Shown: positions 28,911 through 40,932 of the stretch, piece after piece
How positions within the stretch are numbered: position 1 is the first letter of the stretch
Layout: each line of letters starts with the position of its first letter
Assembly: GCA_951406725.2 (NCBI GenBank)
Contig: OX597822.1
Coordinates: forward strand, 117,490,001-117,554,000
DNA: 64,000 nt
Reading direction: 5' to 3'
Source of the DNA: Octopus vulgaris
Taxonomy: Eukaryota
Notes under the pieces: generated by a model
What the model saw: the letters and a program-made list of their open reading frames with translations, nothing else
Databases searched by the model: none
What the model was told of the DNA's origin: nothing
Position numbers and translations under genes: made by a program

Positions 28911-29621
28911 GGCATTGGGTATGTTTCTTTCAGTTTTATATATCAAATTCTGCAGGCTTTGACTTTGCTTCTCCGCCCCGCTGACAGCAGAAGACCCATT
29001 TAAATATTGGGATTCGTATAATGAGCGGCAGCGCCCCAAAGCAAGGATTTGTGCGATATTAGAAATTATTATTAGGACGTTGATAACATTTATTTGTCAT
29101 GCTTTCATTTGCTTTAATCGATCACTCCGTTTCTCATACGATGTTTGGCCTTGTGCCAAACTTAGAAATAATTATCTCTACTCCCAGGAGTGGTACGGAC
29201 AGAATTAGTATTCTACCACGCGCTAACTAGACACTCCTATTTTACGTTGTAGCCTCGATAAACTCAACTACCAAATCATTAATTCTGTTTTGTTGCTGTT
29301 TGACCTCAGAATCTACCCTGAATTAACAACGTTCCAAGTTCAAACCACGACAACGTTGTCTTATTTTATACAGACCTTACATATATAGGACAACATTACA
29401 CACTATGCATTTCTTATTTAGTAGGGTAGGCTTTAATTTGAGGAAAATTTGGTTGCTCTTTCTAGCAGTTCGACCGGTCAAAGATGAGAAGTGGAAAAAC
29501 GGGACAAATGTATCGGACTATATCGTACATTATTTTCTTCACCAAGGCAGAACCATTAGTGCGTCGGACAAAATACTTAGTGACGTTTCTTCCGGTTGTT
29601 TACGTTCTAAGATCGAATCTC

Positions 29622-29895
29622 AAGTCCGGGCACGGTTGTTTATGGAAGACCAGCAGTCACCCATGCATACCGGCCTCCCCTCTCCACGCCACTGATGTTA
29701 TCCGAGGGAAAGGCAAAGGACCCGATACAGCTTGGCACCTGTGACGTCGCAACTCATTTCTGCAGCTGAGTGAACTGGAGCAACGTGAAACAAAATGTCT
29801 TGCTCACGAACACAACCCGCAGCCCGGTCCGGGATTCGAGCTCAGAACCCCACGATCGTAAGCTAGACGCTCTAACCACTGAGCCATGCGTCTTT
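29622..29895 (-). mobile_element. tRNA-derived SINE family D
   Basis: Minus head gcatggctcagtggttagagcg with B box; CORE-like segment; body shared with the copy at 44420. Confidence 0.85.
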
Positions 29896-29907
29896 ACAAT
29901 TTAGTTA

Positions 29908-30185
29908 AGGCGCGTGGCTTAGTGGTTAGGGCATTCAGCTCACGATTGTAAGGTCGTGAGTTCAATTCCCGGCGATGTGTTGTGTCCTTGAGCAAGACAC
30001 TTTATTTCACGTTGCTCCAGTCCACTCAGCTGGCAAAAATGAGTAGTACCTGTATTTCAAAAGAGCCAACTTTGTCACACTCTGTGTCACGCTGAATCTC
30101 CCTGAGAACTACGTTAGGGGTACACTTGTCTGTGGATTGCTCAGTCACTTGCACGTTAATTTGATGAGCAGGCTGTTCCGTTGAA
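29908..30185 (+). mobile_element. tRNA-derived CORE-like SINE family E
   Basis: A box tggcttagtgg, B box gagttcaattcc, then gtgttgtgtccttgagcaagacactttatttcacgttgctccagtccactcagctg. Confidence 0.85.
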
Positions 30186-30664
30186 TTTCATCATTACTGG
30201 GTCGATAAAATACCAGTTAAATATTGGTGTCTCCCAACTAAATTGCTGGCTTTGCACCATAATTGAAAATAATTATTTACTTTAATCCTTCAATTTAAAT
30301 CCCACCGTAGGTCCACTTTGGCCTTCCATTTCCAGAGGATCGATAAAATCAGTAGTAGTATTAGAATAGAATCGATACTTATCGACTGTAGCCGTCCCCA
30401 ACAAATTTGCAGTTCTATGCCAGATTTTGAAGACATAGATTGATGCTAATGTCGTTGAGAGAGTTATGAGAACCAAGCGTTGACTCCCTCACCACCTTAT
30501 TTATAGATCAATGGCTTTCTGCCAGAATTTTAAAAACAAATATTTTTCTGCATCGAAAATCAAGTCTTAAAATTGCTTGAGAATAAAAAAGAAAGAAAGA
30601 AAGAAAAAAACTACAATGCACCAAATTGAATATACATACTTATATACATATTTTATATGTGTGC

Positions 30665-31245
<581 letters not shown>

Positions 31246-31980
31246 GCATAAGTTTGTATGGTCGTGTGTGTAAATAGAAAACAGACTGGTTAGTTTGATA
31301 AAATGATTAAAAGGAAGATTTCTCTAGAGATTGTAAGCCCATTGATTAATTGAAATGAAAGATAACACACACGCGCGCGTGTGTGTGTGTAGGTGTGTTT
31401 ATAAGAAGAAGCGTTCAGCAGAAACCTGCTCATTAATTTTCATTGTCAAATAAGAAAAGTTTGTGAATTTGCAATCTGATTATGCGGAAGTTGCGTTATA
31501 TAAATCTTAAAGCGTTTCACTGTCTGCGTGATTTACATTATATTTCAAATCAGTTAAACGAGGTTTGTAGCAAATACAACACTTGCAGTTATAAGCAATA
31601 GACTTGTTATATCTTAGCAATACATCAAGATAATTGTGTGCGCGTACACCCACCCCGCTCCCACACAAATATCTATGCATTTATGTATGTTTTAAGGTTT
31701 GATTTTTATTTCTGGTTATACATAAAAAAAACCCCCAAAAACATTAACATTAAAACTGAAGGATTGCTCAATACTTTTCAGTAAAGTAGTTATTTATTAA
31801 TTTTTACAAGGAAAAGATTGATAGCGACTTCGAAGTGTCGGCTTGCTCGCTCGCTCGCCTTCACCAAACAGTTTGAGGAAAGTGAGCAAGCGAGTAAGTT
31901 TTTGTCAAACATTCCCTAATGTGTGAGTGTGTGCCTCTCTCCCTCTCTCTCTCTCTTTCTCTGTATATATATATTTTTTT

Positions 31981-32425
31981 CTCTCTAGTTTCAGCTCAGA
32001 GCTGCGGCCATGCTGATGCACCGCCGTTTTGCGCTACACTGTTATTACTAGGAGTCTCCTCTAAGATGTGGCACTTGGTGAAGAATGCAGTTTAATATAG
32101 CTACCCTCATTTGCACCCCTTGCCGTGAGGTAGGTTCATCTGGGATTCTCGACAGGAAGAGGTCCAGCTTTGATTTAAAAACCCCTACATCTACTTTGTG
32201 CAGGTTCCTCAGACTCTTTGGGAGAATATTAAAAAGCTGTAGGCCCCTGAAACCCAGGCTGTTGCAGTAACTGGTCCTGAAGTGCGATGGCGTTGCTGGG
32301 ATCTTTGGGACTATGCAGTGTCGCCTGTTCTGGCATTGGTGTAGCTTTCACTGCCAAAATTTGGCACAATTCCTTCCAGGATCTTCCAGATATATGTTAT
32401 TGCATACCTCTTCCGTCTTCTTTCC
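31981..32425 (-). mobile_element. 3' end of a CR1-like LINE (ORF2 C-terminus + 3' UTR)
   Basis: Minus frame reads ERRRKRYAITYIWKILEGIVPNF...GLQLFNILPKSLRNLHKVDVGVFKSKLDLFLSRIPDEP, typical of CR1-group ORF2 C-termini, followed by stops and a short UTR. Confidence 0.8.
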
Positions 32426-32463
<38 letters not shown>

Positions 32464-32713
32464 AACATATATATTGAAATTAAAATGAGAGTGAAAAATT
32501 AGATATTAATTTGGTAACATCTATTTTAACACCAGTGGTCTAGCATATATAAAAAAATGAGGTTCAGTAAATAGTATTACATATATAAATATAATTTGCT
32601 AAATTTTCTAGAGAACAATTCTTAGTGGTTAAGATCATAGCGGATCTTCTTCTAGAATAAGGGTTTCCACATAGTGGTAAAATTCTCTCTTATACATGTA
32701 TATATAAATATAA

Positions 32714-32752
<39 letters not shown>

Positions 32753-32872
32753 GAAAATAGTAAAAAGGGAAAAAACTACAGAAGGCTTGTTTTAAAAGGT
32801 TAAAAAATATATATTTGAGTCAATATGTATGAAGAATATTATAAATTTTTTCCTTACAATGACATAGTTTAG

Positions 32873-32911
32873 AAGAAAGACCGGTTTCGCGTTTAGCTTT
32901 TCAAATTTCTT
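32873..32911 (-). ncRNA. Minimal type-I hammerhead-like motif in PLE pseudo-LTR
   Basis: AAGAAA-UUUGAAAA-GC(UAAAC)GC-GAAA-CCG-GUC-UUUCUU: 6-bp stem I, short stem II, palindromic ACCGGU stem III and GUC site; core is non-canonical. Confidence 0.55.
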
Positions 32912-33020
32912 ACGTCGTTATGTTTATGTTGAGAAAAGTTACCGTTGTGTTTATGTTGAAAAGAGTTCTAGATAAGGGGAGGTAATAAGTGATTTCTTCC
33001 GGTGTAAGGGAGATAATCGC

Positions 33021-33830
33021 TTAAAATTTTTTGCCTTTCCGTTGGTGTGAATTTCTCTGTATCAGTATGTTGGAATGGTTAAGTCTGGACTTGTACTTTT
33101 CAATGAAGAATGTTTCCTTGTTTAGTCTAATTTGTGTTGATGATCCGATAGCACATTGGTAAAATGGAAAGATTAAAAATTGTGGTAGTAGTTGCTTTGC
33201 GCATTTCTCAATGTGCTCACTAAAAGGTATCATTCTGTATTCTGAGAATGCAATCTGTTGTCGATGCAGTGTGCATCTACGTCTGAGTGATAGTCCCGTG
33301 GATCCCAAGTAGTCTTGGTGGCAGCCCGAGCATTTTATGACATAGATTATGTTTTCAGAGGCACAAGTAAAATTAGATTTGATCTTGAATTTCTGACCCT
33401 CTTTGAAGAGGAATTCTGATCCTTCTAGCAGGTTTGGACATGTTGCACAGTTCGGTCTACCACATTTTTTTACTTTTGCATCCGTAATTTCAGAAAACAA
33501 TTTTGCCTTTGTGAGGATCTTTTTAAGTAATTTAGGTTGTTTGTAGCTTTTAATGATTTGGTGTATGTTTAGAATTTCCTTTAATTTGGGGTCCTTATGA
33601 AGTATTGGTAAATTCTGGGTGATGATGGTGAAGGCTTCTTTGTTTCTGGGGTTGTATGTAGATATGTATGTAGATATGTAAGGTATATTTTCGGGGAAGG
33701 TGTGTTGTTGTGTTGAACTTTTCTTAAAGTTTCTATGTTGATTTCTGTTGCACGTCTGATCCCATCCTCTATGAGTTGAGCTGGGTAATGTCTGTCAATT
33801 AGGGTGTTTTTGAGTTCTTGCAGTCTAAAG
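33021..33830 (-). pseudogene. PLE RT-thumb/linker + GIY-YIG endonuclease fragment
   Basis: KCGRPNCATC Cys cluster, FTCASENIIYVIKCSGCHQDYLGST (GIY-YIG variant), RRCTLH and KE..FI motifs. Upstream RLQELKNTLIDRHYP, with a probable frameshift near 33660. Confidence 0.85.
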
Positions 33831-34098
33831 TTCCCTTATCTAGAACTCTTTTCAACATAAACACAACGATAACTCTTCTCAACATAAACATAACGACGTA
33901 AGAAATTTGAAAAGCTAAACGCGAAACCGGCCTTTCTTCTAAACTATGTCATTGTAAGAAAAAAATTTATAATATTCTTCAGACATATTGACTCAAATAT
34001 ATATTTTTTAACCTTTTAAAACAAGCCTTCTGTAGTTTTTTCACTTTTTACTATTTTCTATATATTCAACCACATGCTTTCACAAACCAACTTTCTTA

Positions 34099-34154
<56 letters not shown>

Positions 34155-34591
34155 GCCAAAAGGCGTTTGTCTTTTGTACATGTATAATTCTATTTCCTGT
34201 TACGCTCGTCCGATAGTCGGGAGACCCTTTCTGTTGTTTCTTTTGTTTATTTATTTGTTTTCGTATATGTACATCCGTTTGCCTTGCCCAGTGGCTCAAT
34301 GCTTTTAGCCTGAGTCCTTGGTCTAGCCGGTTTCGAGTAGTATCGGAAATAAATGGGCGAAACTACGTGGACATTCCGGATTTCGACTGAAGAGGCAATT
34401 GGCTGCGAATGATCCGTCTATCTTGGTTTGTCCCTGTTGTCGTTGTCGTGCTTTTGTCCTTTTCCTGCATGTTGTTTTGACGGTTCCCGTTTGTTGTGTT
34501 TTTTTCTGTTCTACCTTTGATTTATCCATGCAGCGATACGTACAACTTGTTGTTTACTTCATATATATATATATATTATATATATATATAT

Positions 34592-35031
34592 AATATAAGG
34601 AATGGCCATAATAGGACATTCGACTCACTAGAAAGAGCAGCCAAACTCAAACCGCTAAAAGTTGTAATTCTGAAATTGAAAGAGAAATAAAAACATTTAC
34701 ACCTTTCATCTCGGGACTATGCATAGTTTCGACAAACTTTGGTAAACAAATTAATTAAATTAGATTAAATTTATTTACAACTGGCAAGTCAGTTGTAAAT
34801 AAATTAAATTAGATTAAATTTATTTACAACTGGCACGTCAGTTGTAAATAAATTTAATTTAATTTAATTAATTTGTTTACCAAAGTTTGTCGAAACTATG
34901 CATAGTCCAGAGATGAAAGGTGTAAATATTTTTATTTCTCTTTCAATTTCAGAATTACAACTTTTAGCAGTTTGAGTTTGGCTGTTCTTTTCTAGTGAGT
35001 CGAATGTCCTATTATGGCCATTCCTTATATT
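34592..35031. repeat. ~440-bp near-perfect palindrome (fold-back/MITE-like) in TA context
   Basis: aatataaggaatggccataataggacattcgac... mirrored by ...gtcgaatgtcctattatggccattccttatatt; the centre holds a duplicated hairpin unit. Confidence 0.9.
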
Positions 35032-35409
35032 TTTAAATGTATATTATATAGTCTTTGACTATCTTTTCCTTCTCGCTGGACCGCTGGTAGCGGAGAATTT
35101 TTTCTACAATTTTTTGCTACCCTTATATTTATTAATATATATATATATATATATATATGACTGGGGGACAATTTGATGATTGTAATTGAATGCCTTGGCC
35201 GCGGGTGCTTCACAGTGATTGTGGAGTCATATGAACTCGTGACATTACGTTAACGATTAAGCATTACATTGAAATGCTTAATTGTTCGATATGCTATCGA
35301 TCAGGCAATCAGCATGGTTTTTAATTTCTTGTTTATTTCAATTTGACTGCGGACATGCTGGAACACCGCTTACTCATTTGCGTAACCCTGAATAGTTTAT
35401 TGCTTTTGT

Positions 35410-35625
35410 TGTTGTTGTTGTTAAGTCCAATCTAGCCCCAAATGAACAGATCTATGATCAAACTGCATTCCAGGTGTAACCATCATTCCATTCTCTCTGG
35501 CATTGTACGTCTAAGACTACAATATCCAATGTGTTCGCCTCTGTTCAAGGCGATAAAGTGTGATTTGATGAAAATTTAACTGCTATTTTCAGCAAATCGT
35601 ATTACTATGTAAAAGTTTCCCTGGC
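35410..35625 (-). mobile_element. Repeat family F copy
   Basis: (GTT)n...gaacagatctatgatcaaa...gtgtgatttgatgaaaatttaactgctatttt. Confidence 0.6.
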
Positions 35626-35961
35626 ATGTCACTGAATAGTGTATAATCCTGTGTGTCAAATGTGAATCAGTATAATCATTTTCATCATTTTTCAGTTTTT
35701 TGATAAAGGCCAAACCCCGAGGATACGAGGCTTAATGGTTCAATTGGGAACGGAACACACGTTAGACTTCGTTCACTAATATTCTACAGAAGTATTTCAC
35801 AATGTGGACGGAACTTGGTGGTAAATTTTGTGCGAGTACCGGCGACCATCGGGACAGTTGGTGGGAGTGATAATTCATGCATCTTTTATTTGCCCTAATT
35901 TTCAAAATATTTTCAATTTTGATTGTGTACGTGGATTATCTGACAATATTAGAGTCAAAAT

Positions 35962-36141
35962 AAGGAGGCGAGCCGGGAGAATCGTTAGCACGCCGGACAA
36001 AATGTTTAGTGGCATTTTATCCGTCAGTACGTTCTGGGTTCAAAATCCACCGAGGTCGACTTTGTCTTTCATCCCTTTCAGGGTCGATAAAATAAGTACC
36101 AGTTGAGCACTGGGGTCGAATCTTGAGCCAATATTTGGAAC
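35962..36141 (+). mobile_element. SINE family B
   Basis: Head and core; 18-bp TSD caatatt(a/g)gagtc(a/g)aaat. Confidence 0.85.
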
Positions 36142-36231
36142 CAATATTGGAGTCGAAATGCTTTAACATTCGATATTATATTAACGAAATGACTTATGTG
36201 CAAGTAGCATTTTAATTGCGATAAACTTGCC

Positions 36232-36463
36232 TATTTCTTTACTACCCACGAGGGGCTAAACACAGAGGAGACAAACAAGGACAGACACATGGATTAAATC
36301 GATTACATCGACCCCAGTGCGTAACTGGTACTTATTTAATCGACCCCGAAAGGATGAAAGGCAAAGTCGACCTCGGCGGAATTTGAACTGAGAACATAAC
36401 GGCAGACGAAATACGGCTACGCATTTCGCCCGGCGTGCTAACAATTCTGCCAGCTCGCCGCCT
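36232..36463 (-). mobile_element. SINE family B (young, full length)
   Basis: Near-consensus; perfect 10-bp TSD taaacttgcc (36222-36231, 36464-36473). Confidence 0.92.
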
Positions 36464-37374
36464 TAAACTTGCCGTCTGCTATTATTTGTGGTGTATTTTA
36501 CTTCTAGGGATCATTGACGTAGTGTTATTAAAAGAACGGAGGCGAGGGTTAAAAACAAAAGAGTTTGCGAAGCACTGTTCTACAGCGTTTACAAAATATT
36601 GTGCTTGATAATACTTAAGTAATATTGAAGTTGACATAGTGTCAAAGATAGTCGAATTTGAAACCTAATAATTAACTACGTTTGTCGATATACTAAATTA
36701 TGTATGCTATATCAATGTTGACGTACCTTCCATCATATCATAGTACCAGTCATATAATGGTCTCGATTCAGTTGCAAAATGTCTCTGGACTTGTGCCAGT
36801 ATCAAGAAATAAACTAATCAAGGCTAAATGATATTGTATGGCTTTTAAACAATAGTAGCCATGTTAATTCACTTATCTTGTTCTTTATTGTAACTAGGTT
36901 TATCGATTGTGTTATTAATAACAGTCAGTAGTAATGAAGAAAATGGTGTGATATATGTTATTAGCCGTGTATGTTTACTCACATTAGGTAAACTTTGGTG
37001 TCGGGTGTATATACAAAGACGCAGAGAGACTTACATGAAACTATAATACATCGAAAAGAGTGTTGGAACAATAGGTGGACGATCTATGGTTTATTTGGTG
37101 CAACAGGGTAGAAAGAGGGTAGAAAGGAGGAATGCAGAGAAGAAAGAAAGGAAAAGTAGATGAGAGTGCGAAGGGGAAGGAGAAGGAGGAGGAATAGGAA
37201 CTAATGCATATTTTCATTAACATCGGCTCATAAGTGGCTCATCAATTTGACAGAAATATCAGCCAGATATTCCTCAAATCACAGTATGTCATTTACCATT
37301 ATAATGTGTTGTATTCTAGCAAAAGGCACTGAGCTTTTAATGTCTCGGTCTGTTTGGTTGTGGACAGGTTATTA

Positions 37375-37580
37375 TTGTTGTTTAGCCCCAGTCAGTACTT
37401 CCTGAGGAGATCCATGTGGAAAGGCGTTTCAGTCTGACCATCTCGTATAATTGTATATATCTAACTACACTGACCAGTGCAGCCTCGCCTATCTTTTTTT
37501 TGAAGATGATGGGATGTGATCTGAGAGAATTTGCCTTGTAGTTCTAGCAGATCGAACGCCAGCCTAGAGGCTCCTTCGTC
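37375..37580 (-). mobile_element. Repeat family F copy
   Basis: ttgttgtttagccccagtcag...tgtgatctgagagaatttgcc...tagaggctccttcgt. Confidence 0.6.
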
Positions 37581-38571
37581 AGTAAAAAGGCGATATTGTC
37601 TCTTGTGGTCGACAGGAGTTTCTATATAATTCTAGAAAGATTTCTTTAGTTGCAGCTGATATACTGTCATAAATCAAAGAAGATACAGGAAACAAGTCAT
37701 AAACAATAACTTAATCACATCCTTGATTTCTTTTGACAAAGTATAAATTAAAGTTATTTCAAGTAACGTATATCTGAAAATGGAGAAAGTAAAATGTGAA
37801 ATAAAAGTATGTTGCCTATCCAATTTAAATTCATCATTATTTCTTATATTAGCATGGCACTTTATAACTTTTACAGGAAAATAAGAGTTATGATGTAATT
37901 AACTCAAGGACACTGGCTGGAAATAACCAAGCTTGTACTCGGTGGTCACACTCATTTCGTGAAAAGAAGTTCCTACTTAAGATGGTTTCGAACACAGCAT
38001 GGAAATGGACGTAAATAAATATTGTAAGAAATTTTACACGATATTCCACCGATTCTGTCAAAGATTATATTACATGATGTCATACAGAGATAAGCGGTTT
38101 CAGATTCCTTCAGTTTCTAGAAGAATAATGTGATTGTAAGACGTTCACACTTTTTCCAGGCGCATAAATGATATAAAAGAATGAAAATACTTTAAACCGG
38201 AAATTGAAATGAAGTCATGAACACGATTTGACTTTGCCTCTAGTGGCACATGTCTACTTTATGGCGGCGTACTGTAATTGCAAGCAGAGAAAGAATCGTT
38301 TGCAAATATGTTGCATCATAGTTTTTAAAAAAATATTTTGTGAAAATCAATAAAGTTTTCTCATTTATTTCCGTCTCTTTCTTTCCTCCCAAGGATCCTC
38401 ATTGGAAAATATCACATGTCTGAACAGCTGTTGTACTTGGTCACATGATATCAAACTTGTTTTGCGACTGGTTAAAAGAGATTATTTCTGAGAAGAAAAT
38501 TGCATTTCTCACACTTCACGAAGAGAACGAAAAATGGTTTCTAGGTATATTGAAAATGATGACCAGGCGAA

Positions 38572-38765
38572 AATTATTTGAGTGAAATATACTTGAGTGA
38601 AGTATTTTTGAGTGAAATGCTCAAAAGTATATTTCAATGAAATATGGTTGAGTGAAGTATGTTTGAGTGGAATACACTAGAGTAAGGTATATTTGAGCGG
38701 AGGACATTAGAATAAAGTATATTCGAGTAAATTATAGTTGAGTGAAGTATATTTGAGTGAAGTAC
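38572..38765. repeat. Degenerate minisatellite (ttgagtgaagtatat-like units)
   Basis: About a dozen diverged ~15-nt units. Confidence 0.75.
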
Positions 38766-39237
38766 CGGAGACGATGGTCTAACACACGTAGAGTTTCAAT
38801 TACAAATACAGAAACCCTCTTATTCTGCTAATCGATAAACATATAATATTTGTATTGCTGTAGGTGGTAATGAATTATCTAGACAGATCCTACTTGTAAT
38901 CTTCCAACTAACGCCGGCCATCTTTCCACATCCACCATTTCCCCAACACCGTCTCCGATACTAATAGCGCTCAATTTTTCTTTACTTCTCGACGTTTTCT
39001 TCTTCCCACATATATTTCACTAACATATACTTCTTCCCCCATTCCCCTTCTTTTCCTCCTCCTCCTCCTCCTCTCCTCCTCCTCCTCCTCCTCCTCCTCT
39101 TCCTCCTCCTCGCCATTGTTATAAGTTTCCTTCTGTGTATATGATACTCCTTATGATTAACAATGTCGCGGTACATTTTACAATAAGAATCTTATACTTT
39201 TCTTTTAAACAATTTCGAAGTTATATGTTCTAATGTT

Positions 39238-39286
<49 letters not shown>

Positions 39287-39789
39287 TGGGTGCAACTCGA
39301 TTTGGAGCAATGCCATCTCTTGATTGTTCTCTTAAGCACGAATAGCATGAATCTGGCTTTCAGGAACCTGGACTCTTGCACAAATGTAACAAGTACGGGT
39401 GCCTCATGCTGCAGGGGTTCAGAGGACTTAACACCCACACTGACACATATCTTCATTTTGTCAAGGAGTGTTTCACTCAATGTTTTGCTTTTCTGGTTAC
39501 AGCCAGCCGCAGTATGCAACTCAAAATAGAAATATTAAAAAAATTCAAGCAATGCTTGTGTCCGAAGTATTTTAAAGTGAAGAAAGGCCAGTCTTTGAAG
39601 GAATTCGTTAGACACATGTTTTGTATGTGAAAGATTTTGTCCCAAATAATCATCGTAGTTTTAAAAAGGAAAATAAGTTGCTCGCAGTGAGTTACCGTCT
39701 CATCTCACTAATCCTTCACATTATTAAAGTATGTGAGAGGGTGGGGCGATAATAAATAACTGCTTTCTTAGGGAGAAATAATCTCTTAC

Positions 39790-40550
39790 AGCCTGGATCC
39801 TTCTAGAATGGTTTTCGCTGAGGCAGAGACGACCTAACATTGCTCCTGTACTATGTTTAGTTTATGACATTCTAAATACTCTAGGAGGAGGCCACAACGT
39901 AAATGCCACTTATCTTGACCTCAGTAAAGATTTCGACAGAAAGTCAAGCAGTGTTCGACTGAAGAAATTATCCAGCACTGGAGTCCACTGGTCAGCTACC
40001 GCAGTTGATTAGACGTTTCCTGAGAAGAAGAACACAACAAGCTGTGGTCCGCCGAATTTACTTAAGACTAACAAAAGTCATTGGTGGTGTCCTCCAGGGT
40101 GCTGTGCTTTGTCCACTTCTCTTTATATTTCCATAAAAGATATTTCAAATGTCATCGAATAAAATAAAAATCCTTGTAGGGGGCACTAAACTCCAGAAAA
40201 TCATCAAGGGAGTATGTAACTACACAAAACTCTAAATCGATCTATGCGCTGTAATTCGATTGGCGAAAAAGAAAAAAACCACAAACAAAATAAAAGATGC
40301 TGCGAATCAAGGAGAAACTTGAGTCCATCCATTTTTGAAACGAATATTTACTTCAACAGCCTTGATCTCGTCCCTAAACAGAATATCTTGTAGCGACAAG
40401 TAAAATCAGACATTTAGGTGTAACTGTGCACAAGAACCTAAGTTGAAGTGCATACACCAAGAATAAAATCAATATGGCTCGTAGAATGAGTTCACGGATC
40501 CTAAGAACTTTCTAGTTTAGAGATCCTGATACTGTCATTCTTTTCTAAAA
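39790..40550 (+). pseudogene. Heavily decayed CR1-like reverse transcriptase fragment
   Basis: Translatable motifs NVNATYLDLSKDFD (cf. YLDFSKAFD), GVLQGAVLCPLLF (cf. GVPQGSVLGPLLF), GTKL, HLGVTVHKNLS and ILRTF; many stops. Confidence 0.7.
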
Positions 40551-40727
40551 CCTACACACACACACACACACACGCGCGCGCACACACACCCATACGCACT
40601 CACATACATACTTACGTATATATATATATATATGCATACTTGTATATGTATAAATACAAATATATATATATGTGTAAGTTTATATATATAAATGTTTATA
40701 GCACCCATACACACATATGTATATATG

Positions 40728-40901
40728 CATGTATGTATGTATGTATGTATGTATGTATGTATGTATGTATGTATGTATGTGTGCGTGTATGTGTGTGTAT
40801 GTATGTATGTATGTATGTATGTATGTATGCATGCATGTATGTATGTATGTAAGTATGTATGTATGTATGTATGTGTGTATGTATGTATGTATGTATGTGT
40901 G

Positions 40902-40930
<29 letters not shown>
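40728..40930. repeat. (ATGT)n microsatellite
   Basis: Direct inspection. Confidence 0.95.

Positions 40931-40932
<2 letters not shown>

Larger units (their letters stand above)
32748..34110 (-). mobile_element. 5'-truncated Penelope-like element (Neptune-type) with inverted pseudo-LTR, embedded in (TA)n
   Basis: GIY-YIG ORF on the minus strand; ~230-bp inverted repeats at 32748-32978 and 33833-34064; TA runs on both sides. Confidence 0.88.

Noticed and set aside
29908-29985. tRNA gene-like sequence
   Set aside because: A/B boxes continue into a CORE-like SINE body; no acceptor stem or terminator evident.
34355-34420. GAAAC and CTGAAGA motifs suggesting a hammerhead
   Set aside because: No consistent stems could be formed in any topology.
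38572-38765. CRISPR-like periodicity
   Set aside because: Degenerate tandem minisatellite without unique spacers; eukaryotic context and no cas genes.
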